Both the position numbers and the translations under genes were made by a program. 41,270 nucleotides of DNA, taken from Thermostichus sp. DG02_5_bins_236. Lineage in GTDB: Bacteria > Cyanobacteriota > Cyanobacteriia > Thermostichales > Thermostichaceae. Positions 28,547 to 38,449 of the stretch are shown one piece after another; the stretch's first letter is position 1; each line of letters begins with the position of its first letter. The DNA lies in assembly GCA_039794885.1 (NCBI GenBank), contig JAUQVI010000001.1, positions 1 to 41,270 on the forward strand, in the 5' to 3' direction. The notes under the pieces are model-generated. The model had not been told where the DNA came from. It was given only the letters and a program-made list of their open reading frames with translations, and made no database searches.

Positions 28547-28600
28547 TGGTGACTCTAAGCAGATGATTTATTAATTAGTAAACAGAAGGATCAGGATTTT

Positions 28601-29890
28601 ATGCTTCAACCGATAAAAGTGATTGAAATAGAATTAAATCAGCACCTTCCAGAGCTATTGGGTTTAGACCAGTATGGCTCAGTGTTAGCACTAGTACGTT
28701 ATCAAGGAACTCCACTTGCTTATCTGCAAATTCCTGTTGATCAGGGAAGGTGTTCTCCAGCTCAAATACGAAACGCATTGCTTCAACATCCTGACCTAAA
28801 TCCTAATGAGATCGAGCAGGTATTATTGGTTCCAAACTCTTATGAGAATCCTAATGGACTTAGTTTACTCCAAATAGAAGATGTCTCTCGAAAATACAAA
28901 TATAGTGCTGTAGACTTACAGAGTCAGAAGTGTTGGCTGAGCGTAACTGTAGTGGTTTGTACTCGTGATCGCACACAAGACTTGGATCAGTGTTTAAGAT
29001 CTTTGCTGGAGCTAGACTATCCTTCCCTGGAAATTTTGGTTGTAGATAATGCCCCAAGTGATAGTAAAACTGAGGATCTGGTACGATATCAATATCCACA
29101 AATTCGTTATATTCGAGAACCTCGACCCGGTCTTTCATCAGCTCGTAATTGTGCCATTCGCGAGACTGAAACGGATATTCTTGCTTTTACAGATGATGAT
29201 GTTGTAGTCGATAAGAATTGGGTGCGTGAATTGTCTCAAGTATTTCAGTTATACCCAGATGTGACGGCAGTTACAGGATTAATTGCTCCTTATGAACTGG
29301 AAACAGAAGCACAAATCCTATTCGAAAAGCGGAATGGCTTTGGGAGGGGATTTCAGCGAACATGGGTTCAAGTGAACACTTCTCCTGAACAACCAATAGC
29401 AGATATATGGTTTTTAACTGCAAAATGGGGAGCTGGTGCAAATATGGCGTTTCGCCGTCATTTTTTTATTCAAGAAGGGGGATTTCCACTTGCATTGGGT
29501 GCTGGGTCTCCCGGACAAGGGGGAGAGGATCTTGAGATGTTTTTTAGAGTACTCAAGCGCAGATATGCTTTAGTTTATGAACCAAGAGCCCTAGTCTGGC
29601 ATCGTCATCGACAACAAATGGATAAGTTAAAAAAACAAATGCTTAGCTATGGAATCGGATCAACGTTTTATTGCATACATTGTGCTAAAGTTTATCCTGA
29701 AGAACGTTGGGCGATTTTACGGCAATGGTTACATTTAATTTGGAATTGGCACTTACGTCGACTCTTCAGAGCTTTTATTCGAAATGAGGGAACTACTCCC
29801 AGATTGCTTACCTTCTTAGAGTTCGCTGGAGTGTGGTTAGGACTTTGGCAGTCTCTTAGTATCCTCTTTCGGAAAAAGTTAGATTTCTAA
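28601..29890 (+). CDS. Glycosyltransferase family 2 with an N-terminal extension
   Basis: VVVCTRDR, VVDNAP, PGLSSARN, FTDDD, GANMAFRR, GGED. Confidence 0.9.
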   Translation: MLQPIKVIEIELNQHLPELLGLDQYGSVLALVRYQGTPLAYLQIPVDQGRCSPAQIRNALLQHPDLNPNEIEQVLLVPNSYENPNGLSLLQIEDVSRKYKYSAVDLQSQKCWLSVTVVVCTRDRTQDLDQCLRSLLELDYPSLEILVVDNAPSDSKTEDLVRYQYPQIRYIREPRPGLSSARNCAIRETETDILAFTDDDVVVDKNWVRELSQVFQLYPDVTAVTGLIAPYELETEAQILFEKRNGFGRGFQRTWVQVNTSPEQPIADIWFLTAKWGAGANMAFRRHFFIQEGGFPLALGAGSPGQGGEDLEMFFRVLKRRYALVYEPRALVWHRHRQQMDKLKKQMLSYGIGSTFYCIHCAKVYPEERWAILRQWLHLIWNWHLRRLFRAFIRNEGTTPRLLTFLEFAGVWLGLWQSLSILFRKKLDF

Positions 29891-29997
29891 ATTTTACTCT
29901 TGGGCACTTCAGACTGTTTTTATCTCAAAAGCGTGATAGAAAACGGAAGAAATATTTTAGTGTTTGAATTTAGAATATTGTTTTTTGGGAGGTTAAA

Positions 29998-30894
29998 ATG
30001 CAAGAGCAATTAGAAGTTCCAAAGATTAATGATCTAATCTTTGATATTGGAATGCACAAAGGAGAAGATACTAACTTTTATTTAAAGAGAGGATTTCGAG
30101 TCATTGCATTCGAAGCTAATCCTGATATGGTTGCTTTTTGTGAACAACGTTTCAAGTCTTTTCTTGAGGATGGGAAATTAACTATTATTTTTGGTGCAAT
30201 AGTTGAATCAAATGATCTTATTCCAAAACAAGAAACCGTAAAATTTTATAAGAACAATTCTCTTTCAGTTTGGGGAACTGTTTGTGCTGATTGGGCTGAA
30301 AGAAATGTTCATCGAGGAACAACAAATACAGTTGTAGAAGTTCCTGTTATAAAATTTATAGAGATAATTCAGAAATATGGAATGCCCTTTTATATGAAAA
30401 TTGATATTGAGGGTTGTGACATGATTTGTATTAAAGCACTTAAACACTTTCAGATAGTTCCTAATTACATTTCCTTTGAGTCTTCCAAAACTTCTTTTTC
30501 TCAAATTGAAGCTGAGATAAAAATACTCTCAGAGCTTGGCTATCTTTCTTTTCAGGCAGTGGAACAATCCTCAATTCCACACACTCAGAAATGGATAAGT
30601 GAATGTATAGAGTATACTTTTGAAGAAGGTTCATCCGGCCTGTTTGGGACTGAACTTCCAAATCCCTGGAAAACCAAAGAAGAAGTTCTTACACAATATA
30701 AAATTATATCACTAGGATATAAGTTTCTGGGGGACTTTGGCTTACTAAATTCTTGGAAATTTCCTGGTTCTTTTTTGTTTAGAGGATTGACTCGAAGGGC
30801 TATTCAATTTGTAACTAAGGCACCTGTCCCAGGATGGTATGATACACACGCATCACTGTTCCCTCCCGTAAATCATAATGTAGGCAGCTCCTGA
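29998..30894 (+). CDS. FkbM-family SAM-dependent methyltransferase
   Basis: IFDIGMHKGED, VIAFEANP, MKIDIEG. RBS GGAGG. Confidence 0.88.
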   Translation: MQEQLEVPKINDLIFDIGMHKGEDTNFYLKRGFRVIAFEANPDMVAFCEQRFKSFLEDGKLTIIFGAIVESNDLIPKQETVKFYKNNSLSVWGTVCADWAERNVHRGTTNTVVEVPVIKFIEIIQKYGMPFYMKIDIEGCDMICIKALKHFQIVPNYISFESSKTSFSQIEAEIKILSELGYLSFQAVEQSSIPHTQKWISECIEYTFEEGSSGLFGTELPNPWKTKEEVLTQYKIISLGYKFLGDFGLLNSWKFPGSFLFRGLTRRAIQFVTKAPVPGWYDTHASLFPPVNHNVGSS

Positions 30895-30965
30895 ATAAAT
30901 AGTTTGCCGTTGAGACCCTACATGAATTTACATTTCTGCTTGTTTAGTCCTTTATTCTTTAATGG

Positions 30966-33767
30966 CTAACGGGACTGGCCATACAACATGGCTACAGGGA
31001 AAGTATTTAAAGCCAATCCTGTAGATATAGTTTCTCCAGCAGGGATTTCTTCATTTGTAAGCTCATTGACCCATTCAACTCGTTTCCAACGGGGCAGATG
31101 AATTTGGGTATCTTTCCAAATGGCCTCTCCAAAGGGATCCTGGGTTTCATTAATGAGTTGCGTTAACAGCCTTGGCACAACTGTAATTAACACTTGCTTG
31201 CCCTGATGGCGGGCAAAGGCTACCACGTGCTCCCGGTGGGATCCAGTGATTTGTAAGGGAGTATATTCACCTTTGTGGAACAGTTGCGGTTGTTCCTGGC
31301 GCATCTTTAGAGCCTGACGCAGCAAAAATAGTTTGATACGTCCATCGCTTCGGTGCAGTAGTAAATCTTCTATTAGTCGCTGAGGTTCCTGTTTGGCACG
31401 TCGCTGAATTTCTTCAAGGTAGGCTAAGCGACGAGAAAAATCAACAGGTCGGCGATTATCTGGATCCACCATACTCAAATCCCAAAGTTCTGTACCCTGA
31501 TAGATATCTGGGATCCCTGGGCTGGTTAGTTTAACTAAAGTTTGGGATAGGGAGTTAAAAATACCAAAGTGAGCGATCTTGCGTTGGAAAGGGAGGAAAG
31601 ACTCCAAAAAGGGGTTTGTTGATTGTAGGATTTGATCGATAAAGGCAGTGGTTGCTTCTTCGTAGTCGGTATCAGGTCGGAGCCAGGCAGTGTGCACCTT
31701 GGCCTCCCGAACTGCCTTGATCATGTACTCTTTGACCCGCTGCACAAATTCAGGTAGTTCTTCCGGCTGGAAAGGATAAGAACCAAGCAGTGTTTGGTAG
31801 AGGGAATATTCATCATTACGATCTGGCAGCTCTGAACGCTTAGCTTTTTTACTGCGGACTTTATAGTTGGCATTAAGTTCATGCCAGAGCTTAATGTGCC
31901 TTTCCCACTCATCAGGGATTTCAGAGAGCACATTCAGGCGGGCGCGGGTATCTTCGCCACGCTTGGTGTCATGGGTAGCAGAAGCATTCATAGCCAGGGG
32001 CCAGTGAGCAGCTCGTTCTTGGTTGAAGGGATGAAAGTCTTGAACAGAAAGACCAAATCGACAGGGATTCCCACCCACTTCGTTGAGAGACAGCAAACGA
32101 TTGTACACATAAAAGGCAGTATCCTCTACTCCTTTAGCCATGAGAGGGCCGGCTAACTGTTGAAGGCGCATGGCAAAATAAATTTGCTCCTCTTTTTCTT
32201 GTTCTGATAAATTATCCAGGAACTCCAGACAGAGAAAGCGCTCAATAAAGTTTAATTCATTTACCAAAATGGGTAGGTTCTCTTTGGCTTGCTCTACAGC
32301 TTGTCGGATAATCTGCTGACCTTCTGACTCAAGGACTCCCTCGCGGATATAAACCCGATAGACTGGGAAGCAAACCAAAACTTCCACCAAGGCTCGCCGC
32401 AAGCTGTAGAGAGTAAAGTCATTGGCATAGCGGTGATGGCTGGTGATTTGCTTGAGCAGGAAAGCAAGATTGTCCATATCACCAGACAAGTTACGTTCGA
32501 TGATCAAGCGTTTTTTCTCTTCAATTATCTGTTCTGGGGATTGTTGTAGCTTTGTAAAATGATGATAAAGTGAGTCGAAAGTATGTGCATGTTTAGTCTG
32601 ACAAAAGATGGCATTCATCTTAATCAAAAAGTCATAACCAGTGGTACCTTGAACAGGCCATTGCTTCGGCAGTGATTCTTCTGACTCCAGAATCTTCTCC
32701 ACTACGATGTAGGTTTCAGGACAACGCTCTCGTAGTCGATGGAGATATTCTTCCGGGTTAAATAGACCATCAATATGATCAATGCGCAGACCTGTAAACC
32801 GCCCCTGCTCAACTAGCCTTAAGATTAGCTGATGAGTTTTACGAAATACCTCTCGATCTTCTATGCGTAGAGAGATCAGTTCATTGATGGTAAAGAAGCG
32901 ACGATAATTGATTTCTTCAGCACCAACCTTCCAGAAAGAAATGCGAAAATTTTGTCGAGCCAAGAGATCATCCAACAGATCAAAACTAGAGGGATCCCCT
33001 GGCTTACCATTAAAGTTATCGATGTTCTCATCAAAGAAGTTTTGAACTGGTTGACTGGAGGTATAGAGTTCCCACAGGGAATGCTTAGCAAAGTTTATTT
33101 GATCAGTTCTCTCTAACAGATCCTCTTTACTTGGGATGAATTTTAGGCTAAAGAGGATTCCAAGCAGCTTAATGTAGTCTGGGTGACTACGTCCTAATTT
33201 CCGACGTAGCTTGCTCAAGTTGTAGGTAAAGACATCTGCATAGGTGTCGATGTTAAGTGGAAACTTTAGAGTGTAATAGTTGATGCTCAGGCCGTCTGCA
33301 TCATAACGCAGTTGGATTTGGCCAGATTCCAGGCATTTATCATAAAAGTCTCCCAGAAAAGGTGCCAGTATTCTGCCTTGGATCCCTAGATAGGAATGGT
33401 TCCAATTTACATCGAAATAGTCGATGAAATCTGAGTTTGGGCCACTTTCTAAGACATCCATCAGCATCTGGTTTTGGCCGTCGTAGGCCATATGGTTAGG
33501 CACAATATCCTGTATCCAACCCATCTGCTGCTGGTTCAGCGCCTCCCATAGCTCCTCAAATTTCTCACTGCCGCCTAACTCTGGATTGATTTGGCCGGGA
33601 TCCACCACATCATAACCATGGGTACTGCCCTTACGTGCCCGAAAAATGGGAGAGGCATAGACATCAGAGATACCCAGGGCTTTCAGATAGGGGACAATTT
33701 GCCGTGCTGCCTCGAAGTCAAACCCAGCATGGAACTGGATGCGATAGGTAGAAGTAGGGATCCGCAT
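30966..33767 (-). CDS. treY: Malto-oligosyltrehalose synthase (GH13)
   Basis: PTSTYRIQF, GSTHGYDV, DIVPNHM, INYRRFF, GLRIDHIDGL, VEKIL, ATHDTKRGED, VDPDNRRPVD. Confidence 0.95.
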   Translation of the reverse strand: MRIPTSTYRIQFHAGFDFEAARQIVPYLKALGISDVYASPIFRARKGSTHGYDVVDPGQINPELGGSEKFEELWEALNQQQMGWIQDIVPNHMAYDGQNQMLMDVLESGPNSDFIDYFDVNWNHSYLGIQGRILAPFLGDFYDKCLESGQIQLRYDADGLSINYYTLKFPLNIDTYADVFTYNLSKLRRKLGRSHPDYIKLLGILFSLKFIPSKEDLLERTDQINFAKHSLWELYTSSQPVQNFFDENIDNFNGKPGDPSSFDLLDDLLARQNFRISFWKVGAEEINYRRFFTINELISLRIEDREVFRKTHQLILRLVEQGRFTGLRIDHIDGLFNPEEYLHRLRERCPETYIVVEKILESEESLPKQWPVQGTTGYDFLIKMNAIFCQTKHAHTFDSLYHHFTKLQQSPEQIIEEKKRLIIERNLSGDMDNLAFLLKQITSHHRYANDFTLYSLRRALVEVLVCFPVYRVYIREGVLESEGQQIIRQAVEQAKENLPILVNELNFIERFLCLEFLDNLSEQEKEEQIYFAMRLQQLAGPLMAKGVEDTAFYVYNRLLSLNEVGGNPCRFGLSVQDFHPFNQERAAHWPLAMNASATHDTKRGEDTRARLNVLSEIPDEWERHIKLWHELNANYKVRSKKAKRSELPDRNDEYSLYQTLLGSYPFQPEELPEFVQRVKEYMIKAVREAKVHTAWLRPDTDYEEATTAFIDQILQSTNPFLESFLPFQRKIAHFGIFNSLSQTLVKLTSPGIPDIYQGTELWDLSMVDPDNRRPVDFSRRLAYLEEIQRRAKQEPQRLIEDLLLHRSDGRIKLFLLRQALKMRQEQPQLFHKGEYTPLQITGSHREHVVAFARHQGKQVLITVVPRLLTQLINETQDPFGEAIWKDTQIHLPRWKRVEWVNELTNEEIPAGETISTGLALNTFPVAMLYGQSR

Positions 33768-33913
33768 GATGACCTCAAAAAAGACAACAAGACCTGTGAA
33801 CGCCACAAGGGAACAGATGTTACCAGGGTAGCGGCTAAAATTGAGAAGTACCCAACGGGTAAAGGTCTGAGTTTGTCAACTGGACGCTGCAGCAGCTGGA
33901 GAGCTTCAAAGCT

Positions 33914-34585
33914 ATGACTGTGAGGAATTGGGCCGGGATCCTCATCCTGAGTGGGTCAATATGGAGTGGCCTTGGTGCTGTTGTCTGGAGCCAAAGCGAG
34001 TTTCGGGTGGTGAATGAACCTGTTCTGATGCTCCGTACCCCTGATGCCCCTTCCCGGTTACGCTTGCTGGAGCAACGATTTCAAGAGGTTCTTGCCCAAG
34101 CCACCAGTCCGCAGTTGCAGGTTAGCCTAGAAACCCCGGAGGCTCCAGTAGCTTCTTCGTTAGATTCCTCAGACGTGAAACCACAACCAACTCGTATCCT
34201 CTTGAATGGGCAGCTGCTTCTGGAAGTAACCCCTGCTGATGCAGAGGCCAACTCTACTCCTCAACCTGTTGATTTGGCAAGGATCTGGGGGGATCGCCTA
34301 CAAACAGTGTTAAACCAAAACCAACGGCAACTCTTTTTTGCCTTGGGCCTACCTCAGCAGCTCAGCTGGAGAAGCCGATTCTACAATCGCGCTGACCAAG
34401 CTGCCACTGATTTGGGTCGATTTATTACTGATGGCAGCCGCATTCAGGGTCAAATCGTCTATTGGGAGATCCCTGTTGGTGAGGATCCCTTTGGCTTTAC
34501 CTATAAGCCGGTTTTGCCAGATCCCCCTCCAGAGCGGCTATTTTTGTTGAATCGCTATCGTCAGTTTGTGCCCTACGAGTTGTAG
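33914..34585 (+). CDS. Hypothetical exported or membrane-anchored protein
   Basis: N-terminal hydrophobic segment, 223 aa, RBS GGAG. Middle part (LLEVTPADA...LARIW...L) recalls periplasmic segments of cyanobacterial MscS-type proteins (weak). Confidence 0.7.
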   Translation: MTVRNWAGILILSGSIWSGLGAVVWSQSEFRVVNEPVLMLRTPDAPSRLRLLEQRFQEVLAQATSPQLQVSLETPEAPVASSLDSSDVKPQPTRILLNGQLLLEVTPADAEANSTPQPVDLARIWGDRLQTVLNQNQRQLFFALGLPQQLSWRSRFYNRADQAATDLGRFITDGSRIQGQIVYWEIPVGEDPFGFTYKPVLPDPPPERLFLLNRYRQFVPYEL

Positions 34586-34611
34586 TCCTAAGCGTTTTTT
34601 ACTCTCCTCCT

Positions 34612-35445
34612 ATGCTGCCAATTCAACGAGAACCTCATATCCTGTTGGGCTTGCGGGCAGACCAATTTCGTCATCCTGTTGATCTGCAAGCGACCCGATC
34701 CCTACAACAGTTACCAGGGCTGGGCTTGCTGATTCAAAATCTCTTGGGTTCGACTGCAGAACAGGTGTTTTATCTGGATAACATTGCCTCGAGTATTCAA
34801 ATTAACGAGCATCAGTTGCCAGAAATTTATCAGCTTTTGGTGCAAGCCTGCCGTATTTTAGATTTGGAAGTTCCTCAATTGTACGTGAGGCAGAATCCCA
34901 TGCCCAATGCCTATACCTTTGCCATGCAGGGGAAAAAGCCTTTTATCGTTTTGCACAGTTCGCTGTTGGATTTGCTCGATCCACTTGAGATCCAGGCTGT
35001 TCTAGCTCATGAGCTAGGTCACCTGAAATGTAATCATGGTGTCTACTTAACGATGGCCAATATCCTAATGCTTTCCACCAGTTTGATCCCCTTTGGCGGT
35101 CTATTTTATCAGGCCCTACAGGATCAGCTGTTGCACTGGCTGCGCTGTGCTGAGTTTACCTGTGACCGAGCTGCTTTGTTGGTGGCACAAGAGGCTAAGA
35201 CAGTGATTTCAGTGTTGATGAAGCTGTGTGGGGGATCCCCACAATTGGCAGCAAAGCTCAGTGTGGATGCTTTTCTAGAGCAAGCCCGCACCTATGACGA
35301 GCTAGATGACGATCTCTGGCAGGTGGAACTGAAGCAGATGCAAAATATCGGGCGCACCCATCCACTGCCGGTGCTACGGGCACGAGAAATCGATCGTTGG
35401 TTTCACAGCAATACTTATCAACAAATCTTGGAGTTGCATGGCTAA
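34612..35445 (+). CDS. M48-family zinc metallopeptidase
   Basis: PNAYT, AHELGH (HExxH), AEFTCDRA, THP. Confidence 0.9.
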   Translation: MLPIQREPHILLGLRADQFRHPVDLQATRSLQQLPGLGLLIQNLLGSTAEQVFYLDNIASSIQINEHQLPEIYQLLVQACRILDLEVPQLYVRQNPMPNAYTFAMQGKKPFIVLHSSLLDLLDPLEIQAVLAHELGHLKCNHGVYLTMANILMLSTSLIPFGGLFYQALQDQLLHWLRCAEFTCDRAALLVAQEAKTVISVLMKLCGGSPQLAAKLSVDAFLEQARTYDELDDDLWQVELKQMQNIGRTHPLPVLRAREIDRWFHSNTYQQILELHG

Positions 35446-35462
35446 GTTGGTTCCCCATCTTC

Positions 35463-36377
35463 ATGACGGATCCCGTTAGACCTCTCGCTGGCCCGCCCCT
35501 AATTTTGGGGGAAGTTCTCTTGGATCGGTTTCCCAACCGGGCAGTATTGGGGGGCGCACCCTTTAATGTGGCCTGGAATCTGAAAGGCTTGGGATCCGAG
35601 CCGATTTTTCTCAGTCGTATCGGTCAAGACGCTGCCGGAGAGCAGGTGTTGGCGGCCATGCACCGGCAGGGATTAAGCAGCATCGCCCTGCAACGGGATC
35701 CCACCTATCCCACCGGCGCAGTTCAAGTGGAGCTGGATGGGCAAGGGATCCCTGCCTATGAAATTCTGGCCGACCAAGCCTATGACTACATTCACCTGAA
35801 TGCGGATCAACTGGGTGCCCTAAAACCCAGCTTGCTTTACCGAGGTAGCCTGGCTGCCCGTACAGAAGCAGCCCACCAACAGATTCAGGCTCTGATTCAA
35901 GGGCTGAATTGCCCGGTCTTTCTGGATCTGAATTTGCGGGATCCCTGGTGGAACCCAGAACGAGTCCGGGAGATGCTCCGCAGCTGTACTTGGCTGAAAC
36001 TGAACCAGGAGGAACTGACTCAAGTGGCGCAACTGGAAGGGATCCCGGCTCAAGATCTCCTGACCCAAGCCCAGACTTTGCGGGAGAAGCTGAACCTGAG
36101 CAAGGTTTTCCTCACGCTCGGAGCGGCAGGTGCAATGCTGATTACCCCTACCCAAATCCATCGATCGGATCCGGTACCCGTGCCTGAAATGGTGGATACT
36201 GTCGGTGCTGGCGATGCCTTTAGTGCGGTGGTGATTCTAGGGTTACTGCGGGGATGGCCAGAGGTTTGCTTACTGGAACGAGCAGTGTGGTTTGCCGCTG
36301 CTCTGTGTGGGATCCCGGGGGGAACACCGCAGGAGCCAGAGTTCTATGTCCCCTTTCGCAGGAAGTGGGGCTGTTAA
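35463..36377 (+). CDS. PfkB-family carbohydrate kinase (fructokinase-like)
   Basis: GGAPFNVA, DLNLR, LKLNQEE, DTVGAGDAF. Confidence 0.9.
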   Translation: MTDPVRPLAGPPLILGEVLLDRFPNRAVLGGAPFNVAWNLKGLGSEPIFLSRIGQDAAGEQVLAAMHRQGLSSIALQRDPTYPTGAVQVELDGQGIPAYEILADQAYDYIHLNADQLGALKPSLLYRGSLAARTEAAHQQIQALIQGLNCPVFLDLNLRDPWWNPERVREMLRSCTWLKLNQEELTQVAQLEGIPAQDLLTQAQTLREKLNLSKVFLTLGAAGAMLITPTQIHRSDPVPVPEMVDTVGAGDAFSAVVILGLLRGWPEVCLLERAVWFAAALCGIPGGTPQEPEFYVPFRRKWGC

Positions 36378-36688
36378 GGGAGATCCTGAATAACCTGCCA
36401 CCTGTTTTCCGGGAGGGCGAAAAAGATGGATTTGGAGCTTTGAGTGGCTGCAGGCTTGCCTAGCTGTACAGGAGCTAGGGAATTGGCCTAGGTCTGAGAT
36501 GGATGAACTCTAGAAGCAGTTATTTGACGCTGTCTAGCCGGTTGGGTTTCTGGAGGATTCGGGTTGCAATACCTGCCTACGCCCCTGGTCATTGAGTGGG
36601 GATGATCTCGTACCAACCTTTGCGCTTTTCCTCAAGGGGAGGAATGTGTCGGGATAAGGGTTCAACGTCCATCGAACTTCTGCTTGAA

Positions 36689-38413
36689 TTACTGAAACTG
36701 ACGCAGATGAAACTGGGCATAGCGTCCTCCTTTCCCCAGCAACTCTTTGTGGTTACCCTGCTCCAAAAGCTGCCCCTGCTCAAGCACAAAAATACGATGG
36801 GCCGTACGCACTGTAGAGAGCCGGTGGGCAATGACAAACACCGTACAGCGCTGCATCAGCCGTTGCAAAGCCTCCTGCACTAGCGCTTCTGACTCATTGT
36901 CTAGGGCAGAAGTGGCCTCATCCAAAATCAGAATCTTCGGGTTGAGCAAGACCGCCCGCGCAATCGCCAGCCGTTGCCGCTGTCCTCCCGAGAGGGTTAC
37001 CCCCCGTTCCCCCACCAAGGTGGCATAGCCATCCGGCAGACTTTCGATAAAGGTGTGGATATTGGCCACTTGAGCAGCTTGGCGCACAGCCTCCAGGTCA
37101 AAGTGCTCCTGGCCATAGGCGATGTTGCTGGCAATAGTCCCGGAAAATAAAGTGATCTCCTGGGGCACAATGCCGATCTGACGGCGCAAACTTTGCAAAG
37201 TAACGGTGCGGATGTCAATGCCATCGATGCGGATACAACCCTGCTGCGGATCGTAGAAGCGCGGGATTAAACCCACCAAGGTGGATTTGCCGGCGCCGGA
37301 GGATCCCACCAGAGCGACAATCTCACCAGGAGAGACCTTAAAACTGATTTGTTTGAGCACCGGTTGATCGGGTTTGTAGCGAAAAGAAACCTGATCGAAC
37401 TCCACCCACCCCTGAATCGGGGGCAAAGATTTGGCTCCGGGTGAATCACACACCTGAGAGCGAATATCCAGCAGCTCAAAAATCCGCTCAACCGAAGCCT
37501 CTCCCTGTTTCAGCTCGCTGTAGTTGTTGGTGATGTGCACAATGGGGTCGATCAGCATCGCAACCCCAGCAATAAAACCCAAAAACTGGCTGCCGGTCAG
37601 TTTGCCCTGGCTAATTTGCCAACCCCCAATCCAAAATACCCCTAAGACGCTCATGGCGTAGAGGAACCCCACCACCGGATCTTGAATCGCCTTCACCTGC
37701 TCCGTTTGGAAGCGGGCCAAACGGTTGTTTTCGGCAATGGTACTAAAGCGGCGAATTTCGTATTCTTCTGCAGCAAAGGCGCGAATCAGACCAATCCCGG
37801 CAAACACCTCTGTCAAAAGAGCTGCCAGATCCGACATGCTCTCCTGGTTGAGACGGGAGCGAAACAAGAGGCGATCCCCAAACCAGCTGATCAAGGCTCC
37901 CATCAGGGGGGCCATCAACAGAGTAGTTAGAGTAAGGATGCCGTTCAGGTAAAACAGATAGCCCACCACCGCCACGATGGTGAGCACACTGGGAATGAAG
38001 CGATGAAAAAACCGCTGCACCACTTCCCCCACCCGATCCAGATCCCCGGTGAGGCGGTAGACCAAATCCCCGGTACGGCTGCCGGAAAAATAATCCAGAT
38101 CCAGGGCCTGTAAGTGGGCATACACCCGTTGCCGCAACTCCAGCACCATTTGCAGCGAAGCTCTCGCCATCAGGGCATCTTGGCCGTACTGAAAAGCGCC
38201 ACGCACCAGAAAGAACACCACCCCAATCAGGGCTAGCATGCGCAGTTGACCCAAATCTCCTGCCCCAATCGACCGCGCCACCCACTCAATCAGATAAGCA
38301 AGCGCAGGCATGGTCAGCACAAAGCCGAGGGTACACATTAACCCCAACAGCAGCATCCACAAATGGGGCTGGATAAAGGGAATTAGGCGACGATAGCTAC
38401 GACCCGGATGCAC
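36689..38413 (-). CDS. MsbA-like ABC exporter (fused TMD and NBD)
   Basis: N-terminal TM domain, GSSGAGKST, LSGGQRQR, ILDEATSALD, IAHRLST. Confidence 0.92.
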   Translation of the reverse strand: MHPGRSYRRLIPFIQPHLWMLLLGLMCTLGFVLTMPALAYLIEWVARSIGAGDLGQLRMLALIGVVFFLVRGAFQYGQDALMARASLQMVLELRQRVYAHLQALDLDYFSGSRTGDLVYRLTGDLDRVGEVVQRFFHRFIPSVLTIVAVVGYLFYLNGILTLTTLLMAPLMGALISWFGDRLLFRSRLNQESMSDLAALLTEVFAGIGLIRAFAAEEYEIRRFSTIAENNRLARFQTEQVKAIQDPVVGFLYAMSVLGVFWIGGWQISQGKLTGSQFLGFIAGVAMLIDPIVHITNNYSELKQGEASVERIFELLDIRSQVCDSPGAKSLPPIQGWVEFDQVSFRYKPDQPVLKQISFKVSPGEIVALVGSSGAGKSTLVGLIPRFYDPQQGCIRIDGIDIRTVTLQSLRRQIGIVPQEITLFSGTIASNIAYGQEHFDLEAVRQAAQVANIHTFIESLPDGYATLVGERGVTLSGGQRQRLAIARAVLLNPKILILDEATSALDNESEALVQEALQRLMQRCTVFVIAHRLSTVRTAHRIFVLEQGQLLEQGNHKELLGKGGRYAQFHLRQFQ

Positions 38414-38449
38414 AAATGACGAACCAAAAGGGCCTCTGACCCAACCAGC

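Noticed and set aside
36378-36688. 310-bp gap between the convergent pfkB and msbA-like genes as an ncRNA or pseudogene
   Set aside because: No recognisable RNA motif, long inverted repeat or protein similarity on manual reading.
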